Both the position numbers and the translations under genes were made by a program. DNA of 64,000 nucleotides from a virus (lineage: Duplodnaviria > Caudoviricetes): positions 1 through 64,000 of the IMG/VR virus record IMGVR_UViG_3300010352_002811, one strand, 5' to 3'. Under the pieces are notes generated by a model. That model saw nothing but the letters and a program-made list of their open reading frames with translations, searched no databases and had not been told where the DNA came from. Positions within the stretch are counted from its first letter, which is position 1; every line of letters starts with the position of its first letter. Of this stretch, positions 29,824 through 40,504 are shown in pieces.

Positions 29824-30367
29824 TGAAAGAAAATTATACACATTGATGGTGAATCTTGACGAATACATACTCGGAAAAGATTCAAACTTATACAAAAATC
29901 GGTATAATATTAGAGTTAGTGAGAAGTTGATGAAGTGGTTGAAAAATGCTATAACGTTTTATAACAACAATTACTTCACTCCAAAACAATTGATGCTGTT
30001 TGTGTGTAATGGGCTTTTGTTTGATGATAAATTCCACTTCAAATTCAAAGATTGGGATTTCAAACACATCTCAGATATAGATAAGAAATTTTCTCCGGAA
30101 CAGCTAAAGCAAGATAAAAAAACAATAGATGGTATTTTGAATAGACATGGTATTGATTTAGAATATTTGATGACCATAAATAATGTTGGAGAAATGATTG
30201 CTTTAGAGCTTGTTCTACAGAAAAAAATCTCCCCTATTTTTGTTATACGGTTCAAAGATAGGATTGTGCGAAAGTCGAAACCTTCTGCGGAAACTATACG
30301 AAAGTTAAGAATAATAAGCGCATTGGAAAGTGTTCTAAAAACCGAATTGTTGAAGAAAGATAACTAA
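29816..30367 (+). CDS. Hypothetical protein, gp59 helicase-loader-like by position
   Basis: Immediately upstream of gp32; basic and helical, KISP motif. Confidence 0.4.
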   Translation: MFDERKLYTLMVNLDEYILGKDSNLYKNRYNIRVSEKLMKWLKNAITFYNNNYFTPKQLMLFVCNGLLFDDKFHFKFKDWDFKHISDIDKKFSPEQLKQDKKTIDGILNRHGIDLEYLMTINNVGEMIALELVLQKKISPIFVIRFKDRIVRKSKPSAETIRKLRIISALESVLKTELLKKDN

Positions 30368-30379
30368 AAGGAAAATAAA

Positions 30380-31273
30380 ATGGCTGAAAGAAGAAAATTT
30401 AATTGGGGTGCGATTGCTGAAGAAATGGGAAATGCTGAGAAGAAGAACTTCGGGAATCAGAAGGAAAATGATAATCGTCTTTATCGTCCAAAGATTAAGG
30501 ATGATGGCACGTTTGAAGGAATCATTCGTTTCGTTCCTTCACCAGACACAGACCTCCCATTCGTGATTGTTTACGACCACGCTTTCCAGGGTCCAGATGG
30601 CTCTTGGTTCATTGAAAAGTGCCCAAAGACCCACAACGAGGATTGCCCTGTTTGTAAGCACGCTTCTAAGGTTTGGAATAGTGGTGATGAGGAAGCTGCT
30701 CGTCGGCGTTTCAAGAAGATGACAGTTTATTCAAATATTCTGGTCATCAAGGATCCCCAGACTCCTGAGAACGAAGGAAAGGTTTTCTTGTTCAAGTATG
30801 GCAAGAAGATGTATGAGCAGATTAAGAACACAATGATTCCTCCAAAGGATTCTATTGACGAGCCTGTGATGGTTTTTGATTATGACGAAGGTGCGAACTT
30901 CAAGCTAAAGATTGCTACTAAGATTATCAATGGTTGGAATGGAAAGAAGACTCCTGTTCCTAATTATGACGCATCTCAGTTCATGTCAGTATCAAAGCTT
31001 CCAGACCATGTTGTTGACACTGTTGAGTCCAGCATCTTCCCTCTAAAGCCTTTCGCATCCCGTGACAAGTTCCTTTCAAATGATGAACTTATTGCGAAGC
31101 TGAACAAGGTTGAAGGTCTTACTGCTGGTCCAGTTGCTTCAAAGCCTGCTGAGAAGGATCCTCTTTTCCAGTTTGATGATGAAGTTCAGACTGAGAAGAA
31201 GCCTGAGAAGAAGGTTGAAAAGAAGGAAACGAAGCCATCTGATGACGACGATTTCTTCGCACAGTTCAAGTAA
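30380..31273 (+). CDS. gp32: Single-stranded DNA-binding protein (gp32)
   Basis: IIRF, HAFQG, CP..H..CPVC, NILVIKDP..PENEGKVF, GANFKLK, acidic tail DDDDFF; terminator 31295-31325. Confidence 0.96.
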   Translation: MAERRKFNWGAIAEEMGNAEKKNFGNQKENDNRLYRPKIKDDGTFEGIIRFVPSPDTDLPFVIVYDHAFQGPDGSWFIEKCPKTHNEDCPVCKHASKVWNSGDEEAARRRFKKMTVYSNILVIKDPQTPENEGKVFLFKYGKKMYEQIKNTMIPPKDSIDEPVMVFDYDEGANFKLKIATKIINGWNGKKTPVPNYDASQFMSVSKLPDHVVDTVESSIFPLKPFASRDKFLSNDELIAKLNKVEGLTAGPVASKPAEKDPLFQFDDEVQTEKKPEKKVEKKETKPSDDDDFFAQFK

Positions 31274-31337
31274 TTCAAAATCTTGTTGATATTCAGGCCG
31301 GGAGTCAAATCTCGGCCTTTTTTTATGAGAGGGTTAC

Positions 31338-32213
31338 ATGTATATACGAAATTTTTATGAAAGCTCCAGAACTGCGAAGAACATCAATTTTGAAAGTATC
31401 ATTAAGCAAGTTGAGAATCCTGTGAACTATGAAGACCCAAAGAAATCTCCACTAATTTACGGATTTTCGTATAAAGATGGTGTTGCTCTAAAAGAAAACG
31501 CAGTATCGGTTGAATATATTCTTCTTGATTATGAAAAAAGCAAAACCATAGAAGAATTTATAGAAGAATATAAAGAGTTTCAGTTTTATCTTTACACAAC
31601 AACAGGGTATAAAATTAAGGATGATAGTGATAGATATAGAGTAATACTTCCTTTAGATAGGTCATACACAATTGATGAGTATGAACCTTATTGTAAAAGA
31701 GTCAAATCAAAGAACGGGAATTCAGTTCTTTCATGGTTTTTCGTTGGTTGTGATTTGACTTGCTTTGATATAAACCATGGACAAAGAGTTCCGGCATTTA
31801 CAGAACATTATAAATTCGTAATAAATGAAGGCCGAAATTTCTCATTATCAGACATTCCTGAAAGTTTGATGGACCGATTCAAGAGAGAACTGGCTATTGA
31901 AAAACTAAATGAGAGTTCAAAAAAGATTCGTAAATATAAGAAAACGGTTGATTATACAAAAGAACAGACTGAAGAATATTTTGAAAATAAGCTTGAAAGA
32001 ACGTTGATAAGATTGAATTCCGAAAACACGTTCAATTGGAGAAAAAGCGGAACCGGGCAAGGAACTGACATGTGGTTGTTCAAAGCGGCATCTTCTCTTG
32101 TCAAATGCCGAATGAGTAGAAATGAAATAATAGATACGTTATTGAACTTCACCCACGGAAAACGAAAAAAAGAAATTGAACATAAAGTAGATGAAGCGTT
32201 TAGGAGAAATTGA
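31338..32213 (+). CDS. AEP/PrimPol-like protein
   Basis: LLDYE, YLYTT, RYRVILPL, D..C motifs plus a helical C-domain. Confidence 0.7.
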   Translation: MYIRNFYESSRTAKNINFESIIKQVENPVNYEDPKKSPLIYGFSYKDGVALKENAVSVEYILLDYEKSKTIEEFIEEYKEFQFYLYTTTGYKIKDDSDRYRVILPLDRSYTIDEYEPYCKRVKSKNGNSVLSWFFVGCDLTCFDINHGQRVPAFTEHYKFVINEGRNFSLSDIPESLMDRFKRELAIEKLNESSKKIRKYKKTVDYTKEQTEEYFENKLERTLIRLNSENTFNWRKSGTGQGTDMWLFKAASSLVKCRMSRNEIIDTLLNFTHGKRKKEIEHKVDEAFRRN

Positions 32214-32969
32214 ATGAAGTTGTATCATGGTGATTGTATAGACGTGATGAAGAATATTAAAGATAATAGCATTGATTTGATTGCTACCGATTTGCCATTT
32301 GGAGTTGTGAAGTGTGATTGGGACATTGTTGTTCCTTTTGATAAGCTTTGGAAGGAATATAAAAGGATAATTAAGCCTAATGGAGCGATTGTTCTAAACT
32401 CACAACAACCATTCACGAGCCAGTTAATTATTTCAAATCTTGATTGGTTTAAGTATTCTTTGATTTGGGACAAGTCACAGGTCACAGGATTTCTCGACGC
32501 AAACAGAAAACCGTTGAAGCGGCATGAAGATATTTGTATTTTTTATAATAAGCAGCCAACTTACAATCCTCAATTCACTCAGGGGAAAGCATATAAAATT
32601 GTCAGGAATCCGAAGACTTCAAATTATGGAGAACAGGACGAAAAGACATCAACCGAAAGCTCTGGGAGAAGATACCCAACATCCATCATTTCCATTCCTC
32701 AGAAGCGGGAACAAGGCGGGCATCCAACACAAAAGCCTGTAGAATTGCTGGAATATTTGATAAAGACCTATTCTAATGAGGGTGATACGGTTCTTGATTC
32801 TACCATGGGTTCGGGGACAACTGGAATCGCTTGCTTGAATTTGAAGAGAGAATTTGTCGGGATTGAAAAGGATGGAAAATTCTTTGAGATGGCGAAACAA
32901 AGGCTAGAATCTCATGAGCAGACAATGTCATCTTCAAACAACCTAAATAAATTTATCAGAAAGGCGTAG
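32214..32969 (+). CDS. DNA N6A/N4C methyltransferase (beta class), paralog of 18809
   Basis: DLPF, HPTQKP, DSTMGSGTTG. Confidence 0.92.
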   Translation: MKLYHGDCIDVMKNIKDNSIDLIATDLPFGVVKCDWDIVVPFDKLWKEYKRIIKPNGAIVLNSQQPFTSQLIISNLDWFKYSLIWDKSQVTGFLDANRKPLKRHEDICIFYNKQPTYNPQFTQGKAYKIVRNPKTSNYGEQDEKTSTESSGRRYPTSIISIPQKREQGGHPTQKPVELLEYLIKTYSNEGDTVLDSTMGSGTTGIACLNLKREFVGIEKDGKFFEMAKQRLESHEQTMSSSNNLNKFIRKA

Positions 32970-32970
32970 T

Positions 32971-33705
32971 TTGGATTTTACACTTGTTACATGCTCATAC
33001 AACACGCCTGAGATAACTTTGAATATGCTAAAATCATGGTTATTCAAACACCCTATTGAAAAAACAAATTTGGTGCTGATGGAAAATTCTACAAATGAAG
33101 ATACTGCTAACATTCTATCATCATTAGGAATCCCCTTTTACAGAAGACCATCAACCACCCACAGTATCGGTGTTAATGAAGCTTTGAAACTATGTAAAAC
33201 TAAATACGCATTGCTGGTTGATACAGACATATTATTCAACAAAAATATAATTCCTCTTCTTGACAAGTTCATTTCTACAAACTATACTTTATTAGGCGAG
33301 AGATGTGCTGACCGTGGCCAATTCCATCTCTTCCCAAGAATTCACCCGTGGTTTTGTTTCATCAACATCGAGCATCTGAATAAATTTGGTATTTCGTTTC
33401 ATGACCAAAAAAGAATCGATGAGACGAATAGCAATCAATTTTTTCAGCACGTTCCATTAGCACCAAATAATGAAAATACCAAATATGATGTTGGTGCGAC
33501 GATGTATGAAGATGTTGTGAATTCTGGATTGAAAATAGGGAATTCGAAATTTGACGATGTTTGGTTCACTCATTATGAAGGTATGAGTTGGTATCAAAAA
33601 ACAGGAAATGCGCTTCTATCAAAAATTAGAGAAGAACGATTAACTCATTACTTAAGAACTGTTAAAACTTTTGAACATATTGAACTGAGAGGAAGGTTTG
33701 TTTGA
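32971..33705 (+). CDS. GT-A (GT2-like) glycosyltransferase
   Basis: VTCSYNT, HSIGVN, LVDTD, YDVG. Confidence 0.8.
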   Translation: MDFTLVTCSYNTPEITLNMLKSWLFKHPIEKTNLVLMENSTNEDTANILSSLGIPFYRRPSTTHSIGVNEALKLCKTKYALLVDTDILFNKNIIPLLDKFISTNYTLLGERCADRGQFHLFPRIHPWFCFINIEHLNKFGISFHDQKRIDETNSNQFFQHVPLAPNNENTKYDVGATMYEDVVNSGLKIGNSKFDDVWFTHYEGMSWYQKTGNALLSKIREERLTHYLRTVKTFEHIELRGRFV

Positions 33706-34484
33706 TTAAGATACTTACAGGACATTCTTCATACGGGGGCTCTACTACAGCTTTTATAAACTTAACAAACCTATTTAATAAGAATGGTATTGAATGTAAG
33801 CTGTATGGTCCTCACGAATGGCACTTAACAAAATGTAATGCCGGTATGATAAATTCTGTAGAAATAAATCCAGACGATACAGTTATTGTTCATTATTTGA
33901 ATATACCTACTCGTATTCAATGTAGAAAAATGATTCTTAGTATTCATGAATTCTCTAGCATTTTTAACGTACAAACATTAAATCTAAGCGTGTTTGACTC
34001 ATTTCATTGCGTGAGTGATAAAGTCAGAGAAGAACAGAATATTATAAGAAACTATGAAATAATTACAAATGTTATGGACGACTTGAAGCCAAATAAAAAG
34101 AATGATGATAAAGTAGCAGGAATTATAGGAACAATACACCCGATAAAGAATGTTCACGTATCTTTGCGACGCGCTTTGAATGATGGTATGAAGAAAATAT
34201 ATATTTGTGGCAATGTTGGAGATGCCGAATACTACAATACAAAAATAGTCCCATTCTTACAAGCTTGGCCCGGAAAAATAAAGCATTTGGGATATTGTGA
34301 AAATAAACAGACCATGTATGATTTGTTAACAGATGTATACCATAGTTCTGAATTTGAAACGTGGGGGTATATAAAAGCTGAATGCGCTCTCACAAATACA
34401 ACATACCACGGAAATGAGAAAACTGATGGAGTGTTGTATATGAATAATGATGAAATACTAACAAGATGGATGAAAATTATATGA
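33702..34484 (+). CDS. GT-B (GT4-like) glycosyltransferase
   Basis: YGGS, SIHE, GTIHPIKN, SEFETWG...E. Confidence 0.75.
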   Translation: MIKILTGHSSYGGSTTAFINLTNLFNKNGIECKLYGPHEWHLTKCNAGMINSVEINPDDTVIVHYLNIPTRIQCRKMILSIHEFSSIFNVQTLNLSVFDSFHCVSDKVREEQNIIRNYEIITNVMDDLKPNKKNDDKVAGIIGTIHPIKNVHVSLRRALNDGMKKIYICGNVGDAEYYNTKIVPFLQAWPGKIKHLGYCENKQTMYDLLTDVYHSSEFETWGYIKAECALTNTTYHGNEKTDGVLYMNNDEILTRWMKII

Positions 34485-35254
34485 ACGATATATTTTCGGA
34501 TGCTTGCTATGTTATACAGCATCGCGATCATTCAAAAAATCATGACAGAACTCGTAATTTAATACAGGTTCTAAAATATGTTCGCAGTATATCAAAATAC
34601 ATTGAAATTCTTATTATTGAACAAGATACAAGCAAATCATCTGAACTTGAAACTATTGCGGCGGAATATAATGTCAAGTATGAATTTTTATACAATCCGG
34701 GACTATTCAATCGTAGTTGGGGATTTAACTTTTCAACAAGAGTAACTGATAAGCAGAAATTGGTGTTTGCTGATAATGATATGCTAATTGATAATGAGTG
34801 TTTTATTCAAAGTGTTACATTGCTAGATATATTTTCAATAGTTAGGCCGTATAATGGATATTCTAATGATTTAACCGAAGAACAAACACTCGCATATATA
34901 TCTACTAAACAAATTGGCCAGGGAATTATTAGAAATATTCACAACTTGTCTGGTGGGGTTATATTGTTTAATAAGACTACGTTTGAACAAATCGGAATGT
35001 TTGATGAACGGTTTGAAGGTTGGGGTGGAGAAGATGATGAGATGATGTTGAATATTCAAAAATATGCTACCGAAGGTTCCGTCACTGTAGCCACATTAAA
35101 TCACCCAATAACACATCTATATCATTCTAGAGAAATTTATGATGGGAACTCTCAGCCAAATTATAACAAAAATGTCTCATATATAACAGATGGTAACAGA
35201 AATTTCGGAATTATAAAACTTGGAGATGTTAATAAATATAGGGGGCTACCATGA
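34466..35254 (+). CDS. GT2/GT7-C galactosyltransferase-like
   Basis: IEQD, FNRSWGFN, ADND, FDERFEGWGGEDD, HLYH. Confidence 0.85.
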   Translation: MDENYMNDIFSDACYVIQHRDHSKNHDRTRNLIQVLKYVRSISKYIEILIIEQDTSKSSELETIAAEYNVKYEFLYNPGLFNRSWGFNFSTRVTDKQKLVFADNDMLIDNECFIQSVTLLDIFSIVRPYNGYSNDLTEEQTLAYISTKQIGQGIIRNIHNLSGGVILFNKTTFEQIGMFDERFEGWGGEDDEMMLNIQKYATEGSVTVATLNHPITHLYHSREIYDGNSQPNYNKNVSYITDGNRNFGIIKLGDVNKYRGLP

Positions 35255-35994
35255 GTGATTTTTCAATAGGTATAACAACATTCAAACGTAGGGAGCAATA
35301 TTTATATTCTTTAGTCAATAATATTCGTAATCAGACAAATAGAGATATATTAATTACAATAAATCAAGATTATAAAGAACCAGCAGACTTCGGTTATATT
35401 AACAGAATTTATAAATTTGTTTCGGAGTTTGATAATATTTTTGTATTTGTATTTCCTACATTTACATCATTATCAAAAATGTGGAATACTATTATTATAA
35501 ATTCGCAGACAAAAACAAATTTGATTTTGAACGATGATGTTGTTATATATGATAGGTTTTTCAATTCAATTAACAATATAGATGTTGATAGCTGTGTAAA
35601 AATAAACAATACCTTTGGGATGTTTTTTATAAATAAAACTTGTGCTATTAACTTAAATTTTTTTGATGAACGACTTCTTGCGTATGGAGAAGAAGATGGA
35701 GATTTTGTTTGGAAATACGAAACGACGTATAAGAAGACTATTCCAACAATCTATAATAATCTTATTGAAAATGTTCAGGAAGGTTATAGAGTTGAAAATA
35801 AATTGTCTAAGATTGATTTGGGTCATCGTTTGGTTCCCCGTTTTAATAGAGAATTGATTCAAAAAATGTATAAACCAACAAATTCAGGAGTGTCAGGTAT
35901 GTTTGGAAGTCCATCATATAAAACAACCGAATTTCCAGACTATAAGCAATATCCATACGAAATGTTTAAAGACGAAAATTTTGGTAACTTGTAG
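35251..35994 (+). CDS. GT2-like glycosyltransferase
   Basis: IGITTFKR, WN, LNDD, FDER...EDGD. Confidence 0.78.
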   Translation: MSDFSIGITTFKRREQYLYSLVNNIRNQTNRDILITINQDYKEPADFGYINRIYKFVSEFDNIFVFVFPTFTSLSKMWNTIIINSQTKTNLILNDDVVIYDRFFNSINNIDVDSCVKINNTFGMFFINKTCAINLNFFDERLLAYGEEDGDFVWKYETTYKKTIPTIYNNLIENVQEGYRVENKLSKIDLGHRLVPRFNRELIQKMYKPTNSGVSGMFGSPSYKTTEFPDYKQYPYEMFKDENFGNL

Positions 35995-36001
35995 GAATAA
36001 T

Positions 36002-36811
36002 ATGCGTATTAAATTATTTTGTAATTGGACCTCGTGTTTTAACTTGCGAGAAGAATTTAAAAAATATTTCAAGAACGAATACACGTATGATGATTTAGAA
36101 TTTGTTACGGAAAATCAAGAATATAATATTGTCATAAATTATACAAACGAGAATATTGATTTAAAAAAAACAATTTTGTTTCAGTGGGAACCTATAACTA
36201 CAAGAAATTCCTGGCCATTTTTGTTTTCAAATCCAAATCCTGAAAATTTCTTAAGATGCTATGATATCAAAAATCATCACAATATTGTTTGTTGGTATTT
36301 TAATAAAACATATACTGAATTACAGAACGAAACGATTTTAAAAACAAAATTATTTTCAGGCATAGTGTCGAATTTATCAAATTTGGAAGGCCATTACTTT
36401 AGACGGTGCTTTGTCGAAAATTATTTAATGAAATTGCCATATTATGAACATTATGGTAGAGGATATACTGAAATACAAGATAAAACAGAAGGTTTGTTTC
36501 CATTTAAGTACACATTTAGTTGTGAAAATAGTTTTGAGAGAAATTATTTTACTGAAAAAATAGTTGATTCGATAATGTCGGAATGTGTTTGCTTTTATGA
36601 TGGATGTCCTAATATTGGAGATTTTTTTCATAAGGATTGTTTTATTAAAATCGATGTTAAAGAACCACAAGCTTCAATTAAAATTATTCAAGATAGTATT
36701 TATAACAACGAATATGAAAAAAGGATTGATAATATTCGGAAGGAAAAAACCCGAATTTTGAACAGTATGAATTGGTGTGAACTTGTAAAAGAAGCATTGG
36801 ACGAAGCATGA
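36002..36811 (+). CDS. GT10 (alpha-1,3-fucosyltransferase-like) glycosyltransferase
   Basis: EP, KYTFSCENS, NYFTEKIVD, YDGCPNI; start reassigned to 36002. Confidence 0.88.
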   Translation: MRIKLFCNWTSCFNLREEFKKYFKNEYTYDDLEFVTENQEYNIVINYTNENIDLKKTILFQWEPITTRNSWPFLFSNPNPENFLRCYDIKNHHNIVCWYFNKTYTELQNETILKTKLFSGIVSNLSNLEGHYFRRCFVENYLMKLPYYEHYGRGYTEIQDKTEGLFPFKYTFSCENSFERNYFTEKIVDSIMSECVCFYDGCPNIGDFFHKDCFIKIDVKEPQASIKIIQDSIYNNEYEKRIDNIRKEKTRILNSMNWCELVKEALDEA

Positions 36812-37761
36812 AGATATTGTTTCATGATAATTCTTTATCTTTTAGAGGCACAACAATCGCCTTGTATGATTATGCGTATTACAATCAAGAAATATTAGGA
36901 AATGAAAGTGTAATAACATATAATATCAATGATGTAAATACAAATCAACGGGTTTTGGAAAAATTTAAAAAGCATTTCAATGTTGTCGCGTATGATAATT
37001 TTTCAGAAGTTGATAACATTTTACAAAAAGAAATGTGTGATAAATTATATATTATAAAATCAGGAGAAACGAATTATCAAGTATCCAATTGCCGGGATAC
37101 ATTAGTTCACGCTGTTTTTCCTCAGAGCATTTCTCAAAAACATGGAACTCGTTACGCATTTGTTTCGGAATGGTTATCAAAAGTATGTTCAAATTACAGT
37201 ATTGATAATGTTCCTCATATGATAAACATGGCAGATACTAATGATACTCTTAGATCCGACTTAAATATTGGACGTGATGATTATGTATTTGGTAGATATG
37301 GAGGTTATGAAACATTCGATATTGATTTTGTTAAGGCGGAAATTATACATAGCTTAAATACATATAACAATTATTGGTTTGTTTTTATGAATACTGAAAA
37401 ATTTATAAACCATCCGAGAGTTTTATTTTTACAAGCAGATAGCGATATGATGATTAAACGTAAATTTATAAACACTTGCGATTTTATGATTCACGCTCGT
37501 TACCAAGGAGAATCATTTGGACTATCCGTTTTGGAATTTGCTTGTTTAAATAAGCAAATAATAACATATGGAAGCTCGCCAGAAAATTCACATTTGATGT
37601 ATCTTGGAAACAATTGTTATATTTATAATAATGCGACAGACCTTAGATATATTTTTGATAATGTACAAAAAAATCAATTTGATACATACTATTTGAATGA
37701 TACATTCTCCCCTAGAGTAATTATGGAAAAATTCAATAAAGTTTTTCTGGAAAATTTATGA
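36808..37761 (+). CDS. GT-B glycosyltransferase (giant-virus/phage type)
   Basis: RGTTIALYDYA, HAVF, FGRYGG, HARYQGESFGLSVLE. Confidence 0.82.
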   Translation: MKILFHDNSLSFRGTTIALYDYAYYNQEILGNESVITYNINDVNTNQRVLEKFKKHFNVVAYDNFSEVDNILQKEMCDKLYIIKSGETNYQVSNCRDTLVHAVFPQSISQKHGTRYAFVSEWLSKVCSNYSIDNVPHMINMADTNDTLRSDLNIGRDDYVFGRYGGYETFDIDFVKAEIIHSLNTYNNYWFVFMNTEKFINHPRVLFLQADSDMMIKRKFINTCDFMIHARYQGESFGLSVLEFACLNKQIITYGSSPENSHLMYLGNNCYIYNNATDLRYIFDNVQKNQFDTYYLNDTFSPRVIMEKFNKVFLENL

Positions 37762-38384
37762 TCGTAATATCTACAAAATATACAGATAGATTAATATTAA
37801 AAGATTGTTTAGAACGGATATGTGAGTTTTATCCAAATGAAAAAGTTGTAATTGTTGATAGTAATTCAAAAGATATGAGCTTTATACATTCGGTTGATGT
37901 ATTTGATAAAATATACAATAATCTAAATTATGATACTGGAGCTTATTACAAAGCATTTATAAAATATCCTAATGAGCCACATTATATGTTCATACATGAT
38001 AGTTTAATGATAAATAAATTTTATGATTTTTCAAGTATCGATCTTAAGCCCATACGTCATTTTAGAATACAGGAAGATTCTACTTCAGATTTCACAAGAC
38101 ATATATGTTCAACAATTGGGATAGAATATGAATATTGTTATGGTTGCTTTGGACCAATGTTTATTTCAAATAATGAAATAGCTCACAACACATTCGTTAA
38201 ACTCACAACAAGTATTTTGCCAAGCAATAAAATAGAAGCTATGGCTTATGAAAGAATTTTTGGACTCATATTCAAATCGCTTGGAAAAGAAATAACTTCA
38301 TCATTTCAGGGAGAACATATTATAGACCCTTATGGTCCATTTGATGAGACTTATTTCTCTAAAATTTATTTGAATAGACAATAA
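37758..38384 (+). CDS. GT-A-like glycosyltransferase
   Basis: IVDSNS, YDTGA, FIHDS, ERIFG. Confidence 0.65.
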   Translation: MIVISTKYTDRLILKDCLERICEFYPNEKVVIVDSNSKDMSFIHSVDVFDKIYNNLNYDTGAYYKAFIKYPNEPHYMFIHDSLMINKFYDFSSIDLKPIRHFRIQEDSTSDFTRHICSTIGIEYEYCYGCFGPMFISNNEIAHNTFVKLTTSILPSNKIEAMAYERIFGLIFKSLGKEITSSFQGEHIIDPYGPFDETYFSKIYLNRQ

Positions 38385-38398
38385 TTTTAGGTACAAAT

Positions 38399-39112
38399 AT
38401 GAAATTATCATCAGGAAAATTAGCGTTGTGCTTATCAGGCCAGCCAAGATATTTGGATGTTGGTTATAATTCCATAAAACAATTATTAGATTTTTATGAT
38501 ATAGATGTTTTTATTCATACATGGTACGATGAAGATTTAGTAGGCCAGCAGTATGAAATGCCTGAGTTATTACGATATAATAGGCGTTGTATTCGTGAGA
38601 AAAATGTTATTGATAATATAAAAATGTTGTATTCTCCTAAACAAATCATACATGAACCAAGTAGAATTTTTGAAACATATGACGCAAATTATGGATTGTG
38701 CTTACCTAATTCGGTTCATAGCATGTTTTATTCAATATATAAATCAAACGAATTGAAGAAATTATTTGAATTTGAGAATAAATTTACATATGACGCGGTT
38801 ATACGTTGCCGTTTCGATATTGTCATTGAAAATTTTTTATTAGATGATATAGACACAAGTAAATATTATGTTAGTGGCGAGATACATAGGTCCGGGCAAT
38901 ACAATATACCAAATGACCAATTTTGTATAAGTTCCTCTTCAAATATGGACCTGTATTCGAATTTATTTAACAATCTTGAACAGTATTACAAAAATGGGTT
39001 TCGTGAATTTGTAGGAGAACGGTTACTGTCTTATCATATAACAACTATTAACAATAAACAATTTGACTTCTCTGAAAATAAATTAACAATAAATATCGTT
39101 AAGAATGGATGA
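38399..39112 (+). CDS. Putative glycosyltransferase (ALCLSGQPR family)
   Basis: ALCLSGQPR, DVFIHTW, SMFYS, YDAVIRCRFD, NDQF. Confidence 0.72.
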   Translation: MKLSSGKLALCLSGQPRYLDVGYNSIKQLLDFYDIDVFIHTWYDEDLVGQQYEMPELLRYNRRCIREKNVIDNIKMLYSPKQIIHEPSRIFETYDANYGLCLPNSVHSMFYSIYKSNELKKLFEFENKFTYDAVIRCRFDIVIENFLLDDIDTSKYYVSGEIHRSGQYNIPNDQFCISSSSNMDLYSNLFNNLEQYYKNGFREFVGERLLSYHITTINNKQFDFSENKLTINIVKNG

Positions 39113-39115
39113 CCT

Positions 39116-40504
39116 ATGAAAAAATTAATTATATTTGACCTTGATGGAGTGATTATTGATTCAAGGCAACTTCATTATGATTGTCTAAATAAAGCATTAG
39201 CAGAGGTTGATTTAAGATTTATAATTTCTGAAGAAGAGCAACATACAATTTATGATGGGCTTCCTACAATGAAAAAATTGGAAATGCTGACAGAATATAA
39301 AAATCTTCCAAGAAAATTCCATCAACAAATATGGACTCGTAAACAAGAAATTACTACTGCTTGCTTACTAAATGATACGAGTAGAGACGATAAACTTATA
39401 AGCATTTTTAAGTATTTGATATCTAAAGGTGTTGAAATTTGTGTAGCATCAAACTCTATAAGAAATACAATTGATATAATTTTAGAATCTAAGAAAATAA
39501 AAACATATGTCTCTAAAATAGTTTCGAATGAAGATGTCCATTATCCAAAACCAAATCCTCAAATGTATTTACACTGTATGTCTCATTTTGGAATATCCCC
39601 TAAAGAGACAATTATCGTTGAAGATTCTTATGTTGGGAGACAGGCAGCATTCATGTCAGGTGCTATCGTAATGCCTGTAAAAAACTCAACGGAAGTGACT
39701 CTTGAACGAATTAAAAGTTATATTGAAACTGGAGAAGATATAAAAATGAAATGGGAAAATAAAAACTTAAATGTTCTAATACCTATGGCTGGAGAAGGTT
39801 CAAGATTTTCCAAAGCAGGGTATACATTTCCAAAGCCATTAATTGATGTATTTGGAAAGCCAATGATTCATAAAGTTGTAGATAATATCAATATAGATGC
39901 GAATTACATATATTTGATAAGAAAAGAGCATAATGATAAATTCAATATTTCATCAATGTTAAATCAAATCACTCCAGGATGTAAAATTGTTGAAGTTGAT
40001 TCTTTAACTGAAGGCGCTGCGTGTACTACGTTGTTAGCAAAAGAGCATATTGATAATGATATGGAATTGCTTATTGTAAACTCAGACCAATATATGAAAT
40101 GGGACTCGGGAGAATTTTATCATTCTATAAACAATCCGAATATAGATGGTTCTGTTATTTGTTTTGAAAACTCACATCCAAAATGGAGTTATGCTAAGAC
40201 AGATAATTTTGGAAATATTGTTGAAATCAAAGAAAAGGAAGTTATAAGCAATAAAGCAACAGTCGGTATTTATTATTGGGCGAAAGGTTCAGACTATGTT
40301 AAATATGCTGAACAAATGATTTCAAAAAATATAAGATATGGACAAAATTTTAATGGCACTGGAGAGTTTTACGTAGCCCCAGTTTATAATGAAGCAATCA
40401 GTGATGGAAAGAAAATAAAAACATTCATGATTGATAAAATGTATGGATTGGGAACTCCGGAAGATTTAACAACATTTCTAAGGGAGACGGCAAATGAATC
40501 TTGA
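39116..40504 (+). CDS. HAD phosphatase fused to sugar-phosphate nucleotidyltransferase
   Basis: FDLDGV, KPNP, VEDS; then IPMAGEGSRF...PKPLI, NSDQ, GLGTPED. Confidence 0.9.
   Translation: MKKLIIFDLDGVIIDSRQLHYDCLNKALAEVDLRFIISEEEQHTIYDGLPTMKKLEMLTEYKNLPRKFHQQIWTRKQEITTACLLNDTSRDDKLISIFKYLISKGVEICVASNSIRNTIDIILESKKIKTYVSKIVSNEDVHYPKPNPQMYLHCMSHFGISPKETIIVEDSYVGRQAAFMSGAIVMPVKNSTEVTLERIKSYIETGEDIKMKWENKNLNVLIPMAGEGSRFSKAGYTFPKPLIDVFGKPMIHKVVDNINIDANYIYLIRKEHNDKFNISSMLNQITPGCKIVEVDSLTEGAACTTLLAKEHIDNDMELLIVNSDQYMKWDSGEFYHSINNPNIDGSVICFENSHPKWSYAKTDNFGNIVEIKEKEVISNKATVGIYYWAKGSDYVKYAEQMISKNIRYGQNFNGTGEFYVAPVYNEAISDGKKIKTFMIDKMYGLGTPEDLTTFLRETANES

Noticed and set aside
31338-31370. Leader-like MYIRNFYES on the PrimPol and MKFSDF inside the polymerase
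   Set aside because: Lack the hydrophobic-x-E site and late-promoter context
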